The notes: generated by a model not told the origin, from the sequence alone. A stretch of 64,000 nt of DNA from Eledone cirrhosa (GCA_964016885.1 OZ024746.1:48298001-48362000), one strand, 5' to 3'. Positions 1 through 17,561 are shown, counted from the first letter of the stretch. Translations and numbers: made by a program.

Positions 1-34
<34 letters not shown>

Positions 35-82
35 ACATATACATATATATACATATATATATATATATACATATACATATAC

Positions 83-116
<34 letters not shown>

Positions 117-220
117 ATATATACATATACATATATATATATATACATATACATATATATATATATACATATATATATACATATATATATATATACATAT
201 ATATATACATATATATATAC

Positions 221-251
<31 letters not shown>

Positions 252-400
252 CATATATATATTATATACATATACATATATATACATATACATATATATA
301 CATATACATATATATATACATATACATATATATACATATACATATATATACATATACATATATATACATATACATATATATACATATACATATATATATA

Positions 401-2098
401 TCATCATCATCATCATCATCAACGTTTAACGTCCGTGTTCCACGCTTGCATGGGTTTGGACGGGGGTAGTCCCACTTGAGGCAAGAGTGATTGTCTTGCT
501 CGCATAGGACTGTCTGGCAGGTTTTCTACAGTTGGATGCCCTTCCTAACACCAACCACATTTACAGTGTGGGTCTGGGAGGTTTTTACCGTGTTGCCTAC
601 ACGGCCACATTACAGCGTGGACTGTGTGTTTTTTTGTCGTGACACCTACACGATCTCATTTGTTTCGGCCTCGATGGCGCGGCACCAACATAACTTTACA
701 TAGAACGGGGTGGTGTGGATCGGGTGGGGGTGGTGGGACGGGGTGTATTTGTTAGAGATGCCTACTGGCTGGAGTAGGTTTTACTATATATTTAGGTAAG
801 GCGGGTCTTCTCTGTTACTGAGTACCGCCAAAGGTCTCGGTCCAGTGACATTGTCTTGGAGAGGTGTAAGTGTGTGATGTCGGAGTTTATCAGCTCGTCC
901 CAGGTTTTTCTAGGTCTGCCTATTCCGTGACTACCGTCTATCTTTATTGCCCTGCACTTTGTTATACAGCTATCGACTTTCATGCGCATCACGTGTCCAT
1001 ACCAACGTAGCCTTCTCTCGAGTAAACAACATCTGATCCCTCTTATCTCTAATTTATTCCTTAGTTCGTTTATGCTTTGCCGTTCACGTATATTACTGTT
1101 ACACATCCAGCGGAGCATGCAAGCTTCGTTCCTCTCTAGTCTGCGTATATCCTCTGCACACAATGCCCAGGTCTCACTGCCATGCAGCATTGCTGTTCGT
1201 ATGCAGGCATCGTACAACCTGCCTTTCATTTTTAGTGAGAACCCTTTAGCAGCTAATAGTGGTATAAGCTCTCTGAACTTTTTCCAACCAGTTCTGACTC
1301 TAGCTACAGTACTTTCAGAGCACCCTCCCCCACTGCTGATTTTATCGCCCAGGTAACGGAAGCTGTCCACCATTTCTATAGAACCCTCTGCGCAATTGAA
1401 AGAGCTAGTAGTTTGTGGGCACTTGCTGCTACTTATTGCACCAGAGCACCGGCCACATGTAAAAATCTATGTTCTTAGTTAGCCTACCTGTGATCCCACT
1501 ACATCTTTTATGCACCCATACTTTGCATTTAGGACATAAAATGGAGTTTCTACCTACGCCTTTCCTACACACCGAGCACGACCATTTCCCAGAAGGGACC
1601 GCCGCCTTGTTTTCTTTCCTACAAACTAGTACTTTGGTCTTAGCCAGGTTAATTTTAAGTCCTTTTGACTCTAGGCCGTGCTTCCATGTTTGGAATTTCT
1701 TCTCTAGCTCGGCCATTGATTCCGCTATGAGTGTCAGGTCGTCTGCGTATAGGAGTTCCCATGGGCAGCCTGTCTTGAACTCCTCTGTTATGGCCTGAAG
1801 GGCAATAATAAATAGTAGTGGACTGAGAACAGAGCCCTGATGGACGCCGACTTTTACGCTAAACTCTTCACTATATTCGTTGTTAATTCTAACCTTGCTG
1901 ACTGTTTCTTTATACATGGCTTGTATAGCCCTCACAAGCCATTCGTCAACGCCTAGTTTTCTAAGAGCCCACCAGATAATGGAGCGGGGGACTCTGTCGA
2001 AGGCTTTCTCCAAGTCGACAAAGCTAAGTAGAGGGGTTTACCTTTAGCTAGGTACTTCTCTTGTAGTTGTCGTACTATGAAAAGAGCGTCTGTGGTAC
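401..2098 (-). mobile_element. RTE-clade LINE, 5'-truncated, frameshifted (RT C-terminal half, PHD-like Cys motif, 3'UTR, (GAT)n tail)
   Basis: ORFs 1429-2013 ([43 protein letters not shown]) and 792-1373 ([22 protein letters not shown]). Tail (ATC)n at 401-420. Near-identical to copies at 10917 and 26926. Confidence 0.93.
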
Positions 2099-2357
2099 TA
2101 TACATATATATACATATATATACATATATATATATATACATATATATACATATACATATATATATATATATACATATATATACATATACATATATATATA
2201 TATACATATATATACATATACATATATATACATATACATATATATACATATACATACATATATATACCTATACATATATATACATATATATATATATATA
2301 TACATACATATATACATATATACATACATATATACATATATATACATACATATATAC

Positions 2358-2402
<45 letters not shown>

Positions 2403-2431
2403 CATATACATATATATATATACATATATAC

Positions 2432-2462
<31 letters not shown>

Positions 2463-2511
2463 CATATACATATATATATATACATATATATATATACATA
2501 TATATATATAC

Positions 2512-2556
<45 letters not shown>

Positions 2557-2590
2557 CATATACATATATATACATATACATACAAACATT

Positions 2591-2655
<65 letters not shown>

Positions 2656-2657
2656 AC

Positions 2658-4411
2658 AACTTCGCTAAATGTTCATAATCCAACTCTAAATCAAGAAACT
2701 ATTATTCCTATTATTCCTATCGCAAACAACTTCTCCAATCCAATTCCTTCTATAGATAACACTAGATCACTCATTAATAATCTCTCTAATTGCAACTGCC
2801 GCATCAAAAATAAATGTCCTCTCAACAACCATTGCCTCGATAAAAACTTAATTTATGAATGTAAAATTATAACTAGCACCAATTCCTTCACCTATTTTGG
2901 CTCCACTTCCACCTCTTTTAAAGCTCGTCTCTATAATCATCATTCATCTTTCAAATACAAACTTAAAAGAACTAACACTGCTCTCTCAGAACTCATATGG
3001 TCCTTAAAAGACAAAAACATTAAATATAGCATCTTTTGGAAAAAGATTTCTTCTGCATCATCATACTTGAACAGCTCTCTATCTAAAATCTGTAATCTCT
3101 GCCTAAATGAAAAATTTACCATTATCTCTAACCTAGATTCTATAATAAACAGACGCTCAGATTTGTTTTCTATCTGCCTGCATAAATTCCATAGAACTTT
3201 TCACAAAGTATACAGTTAATATTCAATTCTTTATCAATTTAGAATCTTTTCTCAAAGGCACATATACATACACCTCTTTAAAATATACCCATCTACCTTA
3301 CCTTACTTTAAAGGGCATTATACACTCTATAATACTCGTTTACTCATTACCCTCATTCTATCTTCTCGTAAAATAATAACATTTGTTTTTGACATTTTAA
3401 ATATTCATCCGCAATCATTATTATTTTCTCTCTATCATAAATCTTTTTAATCTCAATTTCATCCTTAATTTATTATTATTTTTTTCTCCCCATCAACGAA
3501 CTCATTATTAATACATATCAATTCAATATACAAACTTTAACTTCACATTATTTTTCTCAAATCCTTCTACACACAAACCATAACAACTTTTCTCTTCGCT
3601 AATTTTGAAATTGCCACGATACATACATTTCTTCTTTTGACGTTAGAATATTCACCCACAATTATTATTTTTTTCTCTCTATCTTCATACATAATTTCCC
3701 TTCGTTAATTTTCAAATTCCTTTAATTTATACATTATCTTCCAACGGTTCCCAACCTCTCTATATTAAAACAATATATCTTTTTCTCAGTTATAAAAACT
3801 ATCTCTTTCTCTCTATCACCCATCTCTCCCTCTCCACCTTCACTCTCATCTCCTCCCCCCTTTTTTTTTCATCCTTTCCACCCCCCCCCCCCCCCCTCCC
3901 TAAATAAAATATTTTTTCCTCGCACATATCCTCCCTTCGTTAATTTTCAAAATTTTTAATTTATACAGTATCTTCCAACGGTTTTCAACCCCTCTATGTA
4001 AAAAATATATCTCCGCTCAGTTATAAAAACTATCTCTTTCTCTCTATCACCCATCTCTCCCCTCTCATCTCCTTTCCTTTTCATCCTTTCCCCCCCCCCC
4101 CTCTCTAAATAAAATATTTTTCCCAATATCACACATCAATCTAAAACCACTTTTCATATGTTGATTTAAAACTGCACTATCAACAAGTGTTTTTTAGCCT
4201 TCATATCATGTTCTCCTGTTTTATCTGATGAAAACACAAATATTATTGCTTGATGATGTTTGTTTTTGAAATGCGCATAATAAAATATATGGAACTCCTT
4301 TAACCATCTTTTGATCTTATATTATGCATACTCCACTCCCAAAAACTTTAGAGTGCTTCTTATCCGATATCTGCATTGCTTTATTGTACTACAATAAAAC
4401 TCACCTCCTAC
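2658..4411 (+). mobile_element. Penelope-like element 3' fragment: GIY-YIG endonuclease, long 3'UTR, terminal hammerhead
   Basis: Frame ending at 3219 encodes [39 protein letters not shown], the same motif set as the ORF ending at 60451. The 3'UTR has an internal duplication (about 3696-3930 vs 3931-4125). HHR at 4219. Ends ...ctcacctcctaca followed by (TA)n. Confidence 0.88.
4219..4285 (+). ncRNA. Type I minimal hammerhead ribozyme (family B)
   Basis: ttttat-CTGATGA-long stem II (aaacacaaatattat/atgatgtttgttttt)-GAAA-tgcgca-TA^ataaaa. Stem I ttttat/ataaaa; palindromic tgcgca replaces stem III. Confidence 0.85.
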
Positions 4412-4655
4412 ATTATATATACATATATATACATACATATATATATATATACATACATACATATATATATATACATATATATATATACATATATACATAT
4501 ACATAGATATACATATACATATATACATATACATACATATATATACATATATATATACATATACATATATATATACATATACATATATATATATACATAC
4601 ATATATATACATATATATATACATATACATATACATATACATATATATATACATA

Positions 4656-4689
<34 letters not shown>

Positions 4690-4950
4690 CATACATATAC
4701 ATACATATACATACATATACATACATATACATACATATACATAAATATACATACATATACATACATATACATACATATATATACGTATACATACATATAT
4801 ATACATATACATACATATATATACATATACATACATATATATACATATACATATATACATATACATATATATATATACATATACATATATATATATACAT
4901 ATACATATATATATATACATATACATATATATATATACATATACATATAC

Positions 4951-4997
<47 letters not shown>

Positions 4998-5145
4998 CAT
5001 ATACATATATCTATATACATATACATATATCTATATACATATACATATATATATATATACATATATATATATACATATACATATATATATATACATATAC
5101 ATATATATATACATATACATATATATATATACATATACATATACA

Positions 5146-5177
<32 letters not shown>

Positions 5178-5533
5178 CATATACATAACATATATATACA
5201 TATACATACATATATATACATATATATATATACATATACATATATATATATACATATACATATATACATATATATATATACATATACATATACATATATA
5301 TATATACATATACATATATATATATACATATACATATATATATATACATATACATATATATATATACATATACATATATATATATACATATACATATATA
5401 TACATATACATATATATACATATACATATACATATATACATATACATATATACATATACATATATATATATACATATATATATATACATATACATATATA
5501 TATATACATATACATATATATATATACATATAC

Positions 5534-5618
<85 letters not shown>

Positions 5619-5872
5619 CATATACACGTATACATATATACATATATATACATATACATATATATACATATATATACATATACATATATATACATATATA
5701 TACATATATATATATACATATATATATATACATATATATACATATATAGACATACATATATATACATACATATATATACATATATATACATATATATACA
5801 TATATATATACATATATATATATACATATATATATATACATATATATATATATACATATATATATACATATA

Positions 5873-6091
5873 GTGAAGGCGTGCGGCTGAGTGGTTAGAG
5901 AATTGGATTCGCAATCGTAAGGTTGTGAGTTCGATTCCTGGACCAGGCGATGCATTATGTCCTTGAGCAAGACACTTTATTTCACGTTGCTCCTTCTACC
6001 TGGAGTTGCGACCGATAGATAGTATTAGCAATTGGAAAGACCAACGGAAACATAGTTTCCTCGATTTGACGAAAGGCAATCGTTCCTAGAA
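5873..6091 (+). mobile_element. tRNA-derived SINE, family S2 (CORE-like middle, structured tail)
   Basis: A box (cggctgagtgg), B box (gagttcgattcc), CORE-like tgtccttgagcaagacacttt. Second copy at 12356-12570. Confidence 0.85.
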
Positions 6092-6323
6092 TATATACAT
6101 ATATATACATATACATATACACATATATATACATATATATACACATATATATACATATATATACACATATATATACATATACATATATATACATATATAT
6201 ACACATATATATACATATACATATATATACACATATATATACATATATATACATATATATACACATATATATACATATACATATATATACATATACATAT
6301 ACATATATATACATATATATATA

Positions 6324-6356
<33 letters not shown>

Positions 6357-6408
6357 ACATATATACATATATATATATACATATATATATATACATATAT
6401 ATATATAC

Positions 6409-6489
<81 letters not shown>

Positions 6490-7486
6490 CATATATATAC
6501 ATATATATATATACATATACATATATACATATACATATATACATATACATATATACATATACATATATACATATACATATATACATATATATATACATAT
6601 ATATATATACATATATATATATACATATATATATATACATATATATACATATATATATATACATATATATATATATACATATATATATATACATATATAT
6701 ATATACATATATATATATACATATATATATATACATATATATATATACATATATATATATACATATATATATATACATATACATATATATATATATATAT
6801 ATACATATATATACATATACATATACATATATATACATATATATACATATATATATACATATACATATATATATATACATATACATATATATACATATAT
6901 ATACATATATATACATATACATACATATATATACATATACATACATATATATACATATACATACATATACACATATATATACATATATATACACATATAT
7001 ATACATATACATATATATACATATATATACACATATATATACATATACATATATATACATATATATACACATATATATACATATACATATATATACATAT
7101 ATATACACATATATATACATATACATATACATATATATACATATACATATACATATATATACATATACATATACATATATATACATATACATATACATAT
7201 ACATATATATACATATATATATATACATATATATATATACATATATACATATACATATATATATATACATATACATATATACATATATACATATACATAT
7301 ATACATATATACATATACATATATACATATACATATATACATATACATATATACATATACATATACATATATACATATACATATATACATATACATATAT
7401 ACATATACATATATACATATACATATACATATACATATATATATACATATATACATATACATATACATATACATATATATATATAC

Positions 7487-7553
<67 letters not shown>

Positions 7554-7747
7554 CATATATATATATACATATATATATATACATATACATATATATATAT
7601 ATATATATATACATATATATATACATATACATATATATATATACATATATATAATATACATATATACATATATATATATATACATATATACATATATACA
7701 TATACATATATACATATATATATATACATATATTATATATATACATA

Positions 7748-8187
7748 TCGTTATATGCTTTTTCTATGAAAATTAGTAGTGGGCAGACTAATTTGCATAG
7801 AGTGCGATATGTGCTTTTACAATTCTCCAGAAAGGCCGGTAGATAGGTAAATATTGCTGATGAGTTGTAACAACAACGAAAGTAGTTCAATATTCCTTGT
7901 CTGGCTTTCTGAAGAATAGAGGGAAGGTGTTCCCTCAAAAACCAGTATGGCTCTAAAAACCGGTTTGTCTGTGTGTTTACATACAGAATAGCTGGGTGCT
8001 CACAGTAAAGCAACCAGTGAAAGACCTGTTACATATACATATGTATACGTGTGTGTATTCATATACACACTAGTATTTCAGTATGCATATGTAGATGTAA
8101 TTTTTTTAACTTAATTGTTTAAGCGTCAGTCATACAAAAGGGAGTTACAAACGAAACGAAATTTAATTTCGTTTCGTCATTTGTTTT
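7748..8187 (+). mobile_element. Short non-coding hammerhead-bearing insert in (TA)n
   Basis: Unique ~440 bp between TA arrays, with an HHR at 7850-7894 and a perfect hairpin acgaaacgaaa-tttaa-tttcgtttcgt at about 8151-8177. No credible ORF. Confidence 0.6.
7850..7894 (+). ncRNA. Type I minimal hammerhead ribozyme
   Basis: aatattg-CTGATGA-gttg(taacaa)caac-GAAA-gtag-TT^caatatt. Perfect 7-bp stem I and canonical G10.1-C11.1 pair. Confidence 0.88.
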
Positions 8188-8382
8188 TATATACATATAT
8201 ACATATATATACATATATACATATATACATATATACATATATACATATATATATACATACATATATATATATACATATATATATATACATATATATATAT
8301 ACATATATATATATACATATATATATATACATATATACATATACATATATACATATACATATATATACATATACATATATAC

Positions 8383-8480
<98 letters not shown>

Positions 8481-8495
8481 GTATATATATATATG

Positions 8496-8544
<49 letters not shown>

Positions 8545-8581
8545 GTATATATATATATGTATATATATATATATGTATATG

Positions 8582-8664
<83 letters not shown>

Positions 8665-8689
8665 GTATATATATATATGTATATATATG

Positions 8690-8734
<45 letters not shown>

Positions 8735-8759
8735 GTATATATATATATGTATATATATG

Positions 8760-8804
<45 letters not shown>

Positions 8805-8843
8805 GTATATATATATATGTATATATATGTATATATATATATG

Positions 8844-9002
<159 letters not shown>

Positions 9003-9003
9003 G

Positions 9004-9149
<146 letters not shown>

Positions 9150-9238
9150 CATATATATATATACATATACATATATATATATACATATATATATACATAT
9201 ATATATATACATATATATATATACATATACATATATAC

Positions 9239-9269
<31 letters not shown>

Positions 9270-9270
9270 C

Positions 9271-9333
<63 letters not shown>

Positions 9334-9348
9334 CATATATATATATAC

Positions 9349-9397
<49 letters not shown>

Positions 9398-9412
9398 CAT
9401 ATATATATATAC

Positions 9413-9459
<47 letters not shown>

Positions 9460-9488
9460 CATATATATATATACATATATATATATAC

Positions 9489-9555
<67 letters not shown>

Positions 9556-9664
9556 CATATATATATATACATATATATATATACATATATATACATATAT
9601 ATATATACATATATATATATACATACATATATACATATATATATACATATATATATATACATAC

Positions 9665-9695
<31 letters not shown>

Positions 9696-9808
9696 CATAC
9701 ATATATACATATATATATATACATACATATATATATACATACATACATATATACATATATATATATATACATATATATATACATATATATATATATACAT
9801 ATATATAC

Positions 9809-9887
<79 letters not shown>

Positions 9888-9918
9888 CATATACATATAT
9901 ATACATATATATATATAC

Positions 9919-9949
<31 letters not shown>

Positions 9950-9960
9950 CATATATATAC

Positions 9961-10007
<47 letters not shown>

Positions 10008-10099
10008 CATATATATACATATATACATATACATATATATACATATATATATATATACATATATATATATACATATATAATATATATACATATATATAC

Positions 10100-10180
<81 letters not shown>

Positions 10181-10191
10181 CATATATATAC

Positions 10192-10222
<31 letters not shown>

Positions 10223-10237
10223 CATATATATATATAC

Positions 10238-10268
<31 letters not shown>

Positions 10269-10281
10269 CATATATATATAC

Positions 10282-10312
<31 letters not shown>

Positions 10313-10321
10313 CATATATAC

Positions 10322-10384
<63 letters not shown>

Positions 10385-10479
10385 CATATATATATATACA
10401 TATACATATATATACATATATATATATATACATATATATATATACATATACATATATATATATACATATATATATATAC

Positions 10480-10526
<47 letters not shown>

Positions 10527-10561
10527 CATATATATATATACATATATACATATATATATAT

Positions 10562-10818
<257 letters not shown>

Positions 10819-10829
10819 CATATATATAC

Positions 10830-10886
<57 letters not shown>

Positions 10887-10916
10887 CATATACACATATA
10901 TATATATACACATATA

Positions 10917-11818
10917 TACTGTAGCTAGAGTCAGAACTGGTTGGAAAAAGTTCAGAGAGCTTATACCACTATTAGCTGCTAAAGGGTTCTCCCTAAAAAT
11001 GAAAGGCAGGTTGTACGATGCCTGCATACGAGCAGCAATGCTGCATGGCAGTGAGACCTGGGCATTGTGTGCAGAGGATATACGCAGACTAGAGAGGAAC
11101 GAAGCTTGCATGCTCCGCTGGATGTGTAACAGTAATATACGTGAACGGCAAAGCATAAACGAACTAAGGAAAAAATTAGAGATAAGAGGGATCAGATGTT
11201 GTTTACTCGAGAGAAGGCTACGTTGGTATGGACACGTGATGCGCATGAAAGTCGATAGCTGTATAACAAAGTGCAGGACAATAAAGATAGACGGTAGTCA
11301 CGGAATAGGCAGACCTAGAAAAACCTGGGACGAGCTGATAAACTCCGACATCACACACTTACACCTCTCCAAGACAATGTCACTGGACCGAGACCTTTGG
11401 CGGTACTCAGTAACAGAGAAGACCCGCCTTACCTAAATATATAGTAAAACCTACTCCAACCAGTAGGCATCTCTAACAAAATACACCCCGTCCCACCACC
11501 TCCACCCCCATCCCATCCACACCACCCCGTTCTATGTAAAGTTATGTTGGTGCCGCGCCATAGGCCGAAACAAATGAGATCGTGTAGGTGTCACGACAAA
11601 AAAACACAGAGTCCACGCTGTAATGTGGCCATGTAGGCAACACGGTAAAAACCTCCCAGACCCACACTGTAAATGTGGTTGGTGTTAGGAAGGGCATCCA
11701 ACTGTAGAAAACCTGCCAGACAGTCCTATGCGAGCAAGACAATCACTCTTGCCTCAAGTGGGACTACCCCCGTCCAAACCCATGCAAGCGTGGAACACGG
11801 ACGTTAAACGTTGATGAT
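10917..11818 (+). mobile_element. RTE-clade LINE 3' fragment (same family as 401-2098, opposite orientation)
   Basis: ORF 10999-11436 is almost identical to 792-1373. 3' end cccatgcaagcgtggaacacggacgttaaacgttgatgat. Confidence 0.93.
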
Positions 11819-11858
11819 ATATATATACATATATATACATATATATATATATATACAC

Positions 11859-11889
<31 letters not shown>

Positions 11890-11900
11890 CATATATATAC

Positions 11901-11981
<81 letters not shown>

Positions 11982-12058
11982 CATATATATATACATACAT
12001 ATATATATACATATATATATATGTACATATATACATATACACATATATACATATACAC

Positions 12059-12089
<31 letters not shown>

Positions 12090-12104
12090 CATATATATAT
12101 ATAC

Positions 12105-12153
<49 letters not shown>

Positions 12154-12355
12154 CATATATATATATACATATATATATATACATATACATATATATATAT
12201 ACATATATATATATACATATATACATATACACACATATATATATACACACATATATATATACACACATATATATATACACACATATATATATACACACAT
12301 ATATATATACACATATATATATACACATATATATATACACACATATATATATATA

Positions 12356-12570
12356 CGTGTGGCTGAGTGGTTAGAGTATTGGATTCACAATCGTGAGGTT
12401 GTGAGTTCGATTCCTGGTCCGGGCGATGCGTTATGTCCTTGAGCAAGACACTTTATTTCACGTTGCTCCTTCTACCTGGAGTTGCGACCGATAGATAGTA
12501 TTAGCAATTGGAAAGACCAACGGAAACATAGTTTCCTCGGTCCGATTTCACGAAAGTCGATCGACTAGAA
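12356..12570 (+). mobile_element. tRNA-derived SINE, family S2
   Basis: tggctgagtggttagag...gagttcgattcc head; body matches 5873-6091. Confidence 0.85.
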
Positions 12571-13447
12571 TATATACACACATATATTTATACACATATA
12601 TATATACACACATATATATATACACAAATATATATACACACATATATATATACACACATATATATATATACACAAATATATATACACAAATATATATACA
12701 CACATATATATATACACACATATATATATACACACATATATATATACACAAATATATATATACACAAATATATATATACACAAATATATATATACATACA
12801 TATATATATACATACATACATACATACACATACATATATATATATATACATACATACATACACATACATATATATATATATACATACATATATACATACA
12901 TATATATATACATACATACATACACATACATATATATATATACATACATATATACATACATATACACATAAATATATATACATATATATATATATACATA
13001 TATACATATATACATATACACATATATACATATACACATATATATACATATGTATATATATATACATATATATATACATATATATATACATATATATATA
13101 CATATATATATACATATATATATACATATATATATACATATATACATACATATATATAAACATATATACATACATATATACATACATATATACATACATA
13201 TATATATACATATATACATACATATATATATACATATATACATACATATATATATACATATATACATACATATATATATACATATATACATACATATATA
13301 TATACATATATACATACATATATATATACACATATATATATACACATACATATATATATACACATATATATATACACATATATATACATACATATATATA
13401 TACATACATATATATATATACATACATATATATATATATACATATAT

Positions 13448-13783
13448 GTGGCTTAGTGGTTAGAGCATTGGCCTTACAATCGAAAGGTTGTGAGTTCAAC
13501 TTTCAGACCGGGCGATGTGTTGTTTCCTTGGGCAAGACACTTTATTTCACATTGCTCCAGTTTACTCAGCTGTAGAAATGAGATGATAGGGACTGGGGTC
13601 CCTATCATTCCACTGTAAAGTGGTCGTGGAGGTGCCACGGCAAAAAAGCACCGAGCACTCACTGTAAATGAGGTTGGTGTTAGGAAGGGTATCCAGCTGT
13701 AGAAATCAAGCCAGAATCAGTTCCCGTCCCACCCTTGCAAGCAGGGAAAAAGCGGACGTAAAATGAAATGAAATGAAATGAAA
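13448..13783 (+). mobile_element. tRNA-derived SINE, family S1, with RTE-derived 3' end
   Basis: A box tggcttagtgg, B box gagttcaa, CORE-like ccttgggcaagacacttt. 3' part ctgtaaatgaggttggtgttaggaagggtatccagctgtagaaa matches the RTE 3'UTR. (GAAAT)n tail. Confidence 0.88.
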
Positions 13784-13808
13784 TATATATATACACATAT
13801 ATATATAC

Positions 13809-13839
<31 letters not shown>

Positions 13840-13940
13840 CATATATACACATATATATATACATACATATATATATATACACATATATATATACATACAT
13901 ATATATATATATATACATACATATATATATACATACATAC

Positions 13941-13971
<31 letters not shown>

Positions 13972-13992
13972 CACATATATATACATACATAC

Positions 13993-14023
<31 letters not shown>

Positions 14024-14090
14024 CACATATATATACATACATATATATATACATACATACATATATATATATATACATATATATATATAC

Positions 14091-14137
<47 letters not shown>

Positions 14138-14138
14138 C

Positions 14139-14229
<91 letters not shown>

Positions 14230-14773
14230 CATATATATACATATATATATACATATATATACATATATATATACATACATATACATATATATATACATAT
14301 ATATACATATATATATACATACATATACATATATATATACATATATATATACATACATATATATATATATATATACATATATATACATATATATATATAC
14401 ATATATATATATATACATATATATATACATATATATATATATATACATATATATACATATATATATACATATATATATACATATATATATATATATACAT
14501 ATATATATACATATATATATATATATACATATATATATACTTACATATATATATACATATATATATACATATATATATACATATATATATACATATATAT
14601 ATACATATATATATACATATACATATATACATATACATATATATATACATATATATATACATATATATATACATATATATATACATATATATATACATAT
14701 ATATATACATATATATATACATATATATATACATATATATATACATATATATATACATATATATATACATATA

Positions 14774-15718
14774 CAAGCTCCAAAAGGTCATCAATGGCGT
14801 GGATGACCGGATAAGCCTTCAGTCAGACCTACTGGCTGTTACCCAATGGGCAGAAAAGAACAACCTGTTACTGAACGAGGACAAATTCGAACAGAGGATG
14901 CTCTGAAACTCCCGTACTCCCTTCCCTCCGGGGAAACTCTCGTGGCATCTAACAACATCAGAGACTTGGGAGTAACCGTGGACAGCAACATAAGCTGGAT
15001 CACGCATATAAGCAGCAAAGTTGACATGGCCCGCAGAATGTGTTCCTGGATCCTCAGAACCTTCCAGTCGAGAGATTCCCGCACCATTATCCTTCTCTTC
15101 TCTACTTTCGCCCGACCACACCTTGAATACTGTTGTCCACTGTGGTCTCCCCACACGAAACAAAGTATCATGAAACTTGAAGCTCCTCAAAGGGCAATCA
15201 CGAAAAAGATAGATGGCATGTCAGACCTTGACTACTGGGGTCGATTGGAAAACCTGAAACTTTATTCACTCCAACGTCGCCGTGAGCGTTATATTATCTG
15301 CATGATGTGGAAAATGTTCCATCATCACTGCCCAAATGTTGTTGGCATCGCCTTCAAGATACACCCAAGGCTTGGGCCCCATGCTATCCGTCCCATTCAA
15401 AAATCTAAATCGCAACTCATAACAACAATACGGCACAATTATTTCACCTCAATCGGCCCTGCTCTCTTCAACATCACACCAGGACACGTCAAAACAGAAA
15501 CTGACCACTCAAAATTCAAGAAGTCTTTGGACAAATTCCTCCAAGTAATCCCGGACAAACCACCCACACCCGGATATGTCTCCGCAAACAGTAATTCTCT
15601 TCTCGAATGGGCCATGGTGCCCAAATCCTGAATTGAAAGACTTCGCCAGGTGGTGCTATTAAGTTAGACATGGCCTGGGCCAATACTGGCCAAAACATTT
15701 CAAAGTTATTCAAAGTTA
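14774..15718 (+). mobile_element. CR1-group (CR1/L2/Crack-like) LINE 3' fragment, family C1
   Basis: ORF 14846-15631: IRDLGVTVD, RPHLEYCCPLWSPH, LEAPQRAITK, YWGRLENLKLYSLQRRRER. Tail caaagttattcaaagtt. Confidence 0.88.
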
Positions 15719-15816
15719 CATATACATATACATATACATATATATATACATATATATATACATATATATATACATACATATATATATATACATACATATA
15801 TATATATACATACATA

Positions 15817-15962
<146 letters not shown>

Positions 15963-15971
15963 CATACATAC

Positions 15972-16046
<75 letters not shown>

Positions 16047-16760
16047 CATCATCATCATCATCATCACCGTTTTACGTCCGTTCTTCCACGCTAGCATGGG
16101 TTAGACGGGTTGTCCTGTTGTGGGCAGTGTCTGGTCAGCTGACCATGCCTTGCTCATACAGGAACTGATCTGGCTTGATTTCTACAGCTGGGTGCCCTTC
16201 CTAACATCTACCTCATTTACAGTGAGTGCTGGGTGCTTTTTCGTGGCGCCTACACGTCCACTTTACAGTGTGGGCTGGGTGCTTTTTTGCCGTGGGGGGA
16301 GTGGGGGCATATTGTTTATATGCTTCAGCATGTACCCATGGGAGGTAGGGTACCCTGTATTACTGCGTGACGCCAGAAGTCACGGTCGTGTGTCATTGAC
16401 TTTGAGAGGTGTAGTTGGGTAAGGTCGGCTTTTATCACCTCATCCCAAGTCATCTTGGGTCTCCCCACTCCGCGGTTTCCATCAACTTCTAGTGCTCTGC
16501 ACCTTTTTATGCAGCTGTCATCCTTCATACGCATCACATGTCCATACCAGCGTAACCGCCTCTCCTGCACGCAGCATTTGATTCCTCTTATGCTCAGTCT
16601 CTCTCTCAATTCCTTTATGCTTTGTCGTTCACGTATATTACTGTTACACATCCATCGGAGCATGCAGGCTTCGTTTCTCTCTAATCTACGTAAGTCTTCC
16701 ACCTTCAGCGCCCATGTCTCACTACCATGCAACATCGCTGTTCGGATACACGCATCATAC
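16047..16760 (-). mobile_element. RTE-clade LINE 3' fragment, diverged sister subfamily
   Basis: [35 protein letters not shown]. 3' end cccatgctagcgtggaagaacggacgtaaaacggt(gat)n. Confidence 0.9.
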
Positions 16761-17110
16761 ATACATACATATATATATATATACATATATATATACATAT
16801 ATACATATATACATATATATATACATATATATATACATATATATATACATATATATATACATATATATATACATATATATACATATATATATACATATAT
16901 ATACATATATATATACATATATATACATATATATATACATATACATATATATATACATATATATACATATATACATATATATATACATATATATACATAT
17001 ATACATATATATACATATATACATATATATACATATATACATATATATATACATATATATATACATATATATATACATATATATATACATATATATATAC
17101 ATATATATAT

Positions 17111-17463
17111 GGGAGGCACATGGCTTAGTGGTTACAGCATTGGCCTTGCAATCGAAAGGTTGTGAGTTCAATTCTCAGACCTGGTGATGTGTTGTTTCCT
17201 TGAGCAAGACACTTTATTTCACATTGCTCCAGTTTACTCAGCTGTAGAAATGAGATGATAGGGACTGGGGTCCCTATCATTCCACTGCAAAGTGGTCGTG
17301 GAGGTGCCACGGCAAAAAAAAAAAGCACCCAGCACTCACTGTAAATGAGGTTGGTGTTAGGAAGGGCATCCAGCTGTAGAAATCAAGCCAGAATCAGTTC
17401 CCGTCCCACCCTTGCAAGCAGGGAAAAAGCGGACGTAAAATGAAATGTCAATGTCAATGTCAA
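17111..17463 (+). mobile_element. tRNA-derived SINE, family S1
   Basis: Matches 13448-13783; tail here is (AATGTC)n. Confidence 0.88.
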
Positions 17464-17561
17464 ATATACATATATATATACAGATATATATACATATATA
17501 TATACATATATATATACATATATATATACATATATATATACATATATACATATATATATAC

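Noticed and set aside
705-745. G-quadruplex-like tract
   Set aside because: Part of the RTE 3'UTR antisense strand, variable between copies; no evidence of function.
5873-5945. tRNA gene-like sequence (also at 12356, 13448, 17111, 31290)
   Set aside because: These are SINE heads: they continue into shared CORE-like bodies and lack a proper acceptor stem.
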